Below are positions 62,777 to 64,000 of a DNA stretch of 64,000 nucleotides, in pieces. This DNA is from Gemmatimonadota bacterium (GTDB taxonomy: Bacteria > Gemmatimonadota > Gemmatimonadetes > Palauibacterales > Palauibacteraceae). The notes under the pieces are model-generated. The model was not told where the DNA came from, did no database searches, and saw nothing but the letters and a program-made list of their open reading frames with translations. The stretch's first letter is position 1, and each line of letters starts with the position of its first letter. Position numbers and translations under genes: made by a program. The DNA lies in contig JBHIAV010000012.1 in the NCBI GenBank assembly GCA_046758745.1, positions 1 through 64,000 of the forward strand, in the 5' to 3' direction.

Positions 62777-63812
62777 CCTCGAAGAGGGCCGCCTGGGAGT
62801 CGGCGGCCGCGGCCGGAACGGAGTACCCGAAGCGGCGGAACGCCTTTCGCGTTGCCACGCGGCCGCGCGCCGTCCGTTGCAGGTATCCGTTCTGGATGAG
62901 GTACGGCTCGTATACCTCCTCCAGCGTCCCCGCGTCTTCGGCGACGGCCACCGCAAGCGAGTTGAGGCCGACCGGGCCACCGTCGAAACTCTCGATGATC
63001 GCCTTCAGGATCCGGCCATCCATCTCGTCCAGCCCGTATTCGTCCACGTTGAGCATGGCGAGCGCGGCCTCCGCCGTCTCCCGGTCGACTCGGCCGTTGG
63101 CCCGCACCTCCGCGAAGTCCCGCGCTCGACGGAGGAGGCGGTTGGCGATCCGGGGAGTCCCGCGGGAACGTCTGGCGAGCTCCTCGCTGCCCTCCGCCGT
63201 GACCTCGACTCCGAGGATCCTCGCAGAGCGCTCGACGATCTGCTGCAGCTCGTCTGCCGGGTAGTAGTTGAGGCGCTCGATGACGCCGAAGCGCGCTCTC
63301 ATCGGGGCGGTGAGAAGTCCGAAGCGAGTCGTGGCACCGACCAGGGTGAAGCGCTCTATCCTCATGGACACGGTCTGTGCCCGAACCCCCTCGCTGAGGC
63401 GAATCTCGATCCGGTATTCCTCCATCGCGGGGTAGAGGTACTCCTCGATCACCGGCCGGAGGCGATGGATCTCATCGATGAACAGGATGTCGCGCGGTTC
63501 CAGGTTGGTGAGGAGCGCGGCGAGATCTCCCGGCTTCTCGAGCACCGGACCGGTGGTGATCTTTATCTTCACGCCGAGCTCGGCGGCCATGAGCATCGCC
63601 AGGGTGGTCTTCCCGAGACCCGGTGGTCCGAAGAACAGGGTATGGTCGAGCGCCTCGCCGCGGCCGAGCGCCGCCTGAATGTACACCTCGAGGCTCTCCT
63701 TCAGCTTTGCCTGCCCGACGAACTCCGTCAGGCGGGCGGGACGCAGCGACTGCTCGAGCGGCACCTCCTCGGCCAGCGGCTCGGGGGTGGTCACGTCGAT
63801 CCGTTCACTCAT
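62766..63812 (-). CDS. ruvB: Holliday junction branch migration helicase RuvB
   Basis: [36 protein letters not shown]. Confidence 0.98.
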
Positions 63813-63949
63813 CGGCTTCTGTTCGGTCTCCTCCCGGGCCTCGCGGCGGGATCCGACCGCGCGCGCCCGGAGCGCACGACCTCCCGCCCGGCTCCGGTGG
63901 AACGTGATCCGGATGCGGCGGAACGTATTCCATATGCCATACAACGCGC

Positions 63950-64000
63950 TTACATGTGTCGGAGCGCGACCCGGATCAGCTCCTCCGCCGTGGCCTCGCG
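63950..64000 (-). CDS. ruvA: 3' end of RuvA (partial)
   Basis: [16 protein letters not shown] immediately upstream of ruvB. Confidence 0.7.
   Translation of the reverse strand, partial: REATAEELIRVALRHM

Overview
This is a GC-rich bacterial chromosome segment with almost all genes on the minus strand. Gene content and order suggest a Gemmatimonadota-like diderm (inference, not verified). Housekeeping blocks are: ffh-rpsP-rimM-trmD-rplS-rnhB; trpS-mgtC-hydroxyacid dehydrogenase-pilT-like-dapA-like-purA; uvrA plus a PspA operon; lysA-lipid kinase-htpX-tamB-tamA-lgt-tsaD; and ruvAB-queA-tgt-yajC-def-fmt-thiESG-rsmB. Between uvrA and lysA lies a 15-gene, roughly 17.8 kb redox island (22334-40087). 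It encodes two monoheme-cytochrome/porin fusions (one with the Cyc2 N-terminal signature), five type-1-copper-like sites, and ten CxxCH motifs in total. It also encodes a CydA-only bd-like oxidoreductase resembling the Nitrospira/Manganitrophus type, a cytochrome c fused to an EbdC/NxrC-like domain, and its own sigma54 two-component system with a recognisable enhancer/promoter. This reads as a candidate outer-membrane-to-inner-membrane electron conduit, possibly for Fe(II)/Mn(II) oxidation. Smaller oddities are a FabF-like enzyme lacking its catalytic Cys, a PilT paralog with a degenerate Walker A, a structured attenuator-like ffh leader, two 20-22-nt tandem repeats, and chains of start/stop-overlapped mini-ORFs. 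No CRISPR array, tRNA, rRNA or transposase was recognised.
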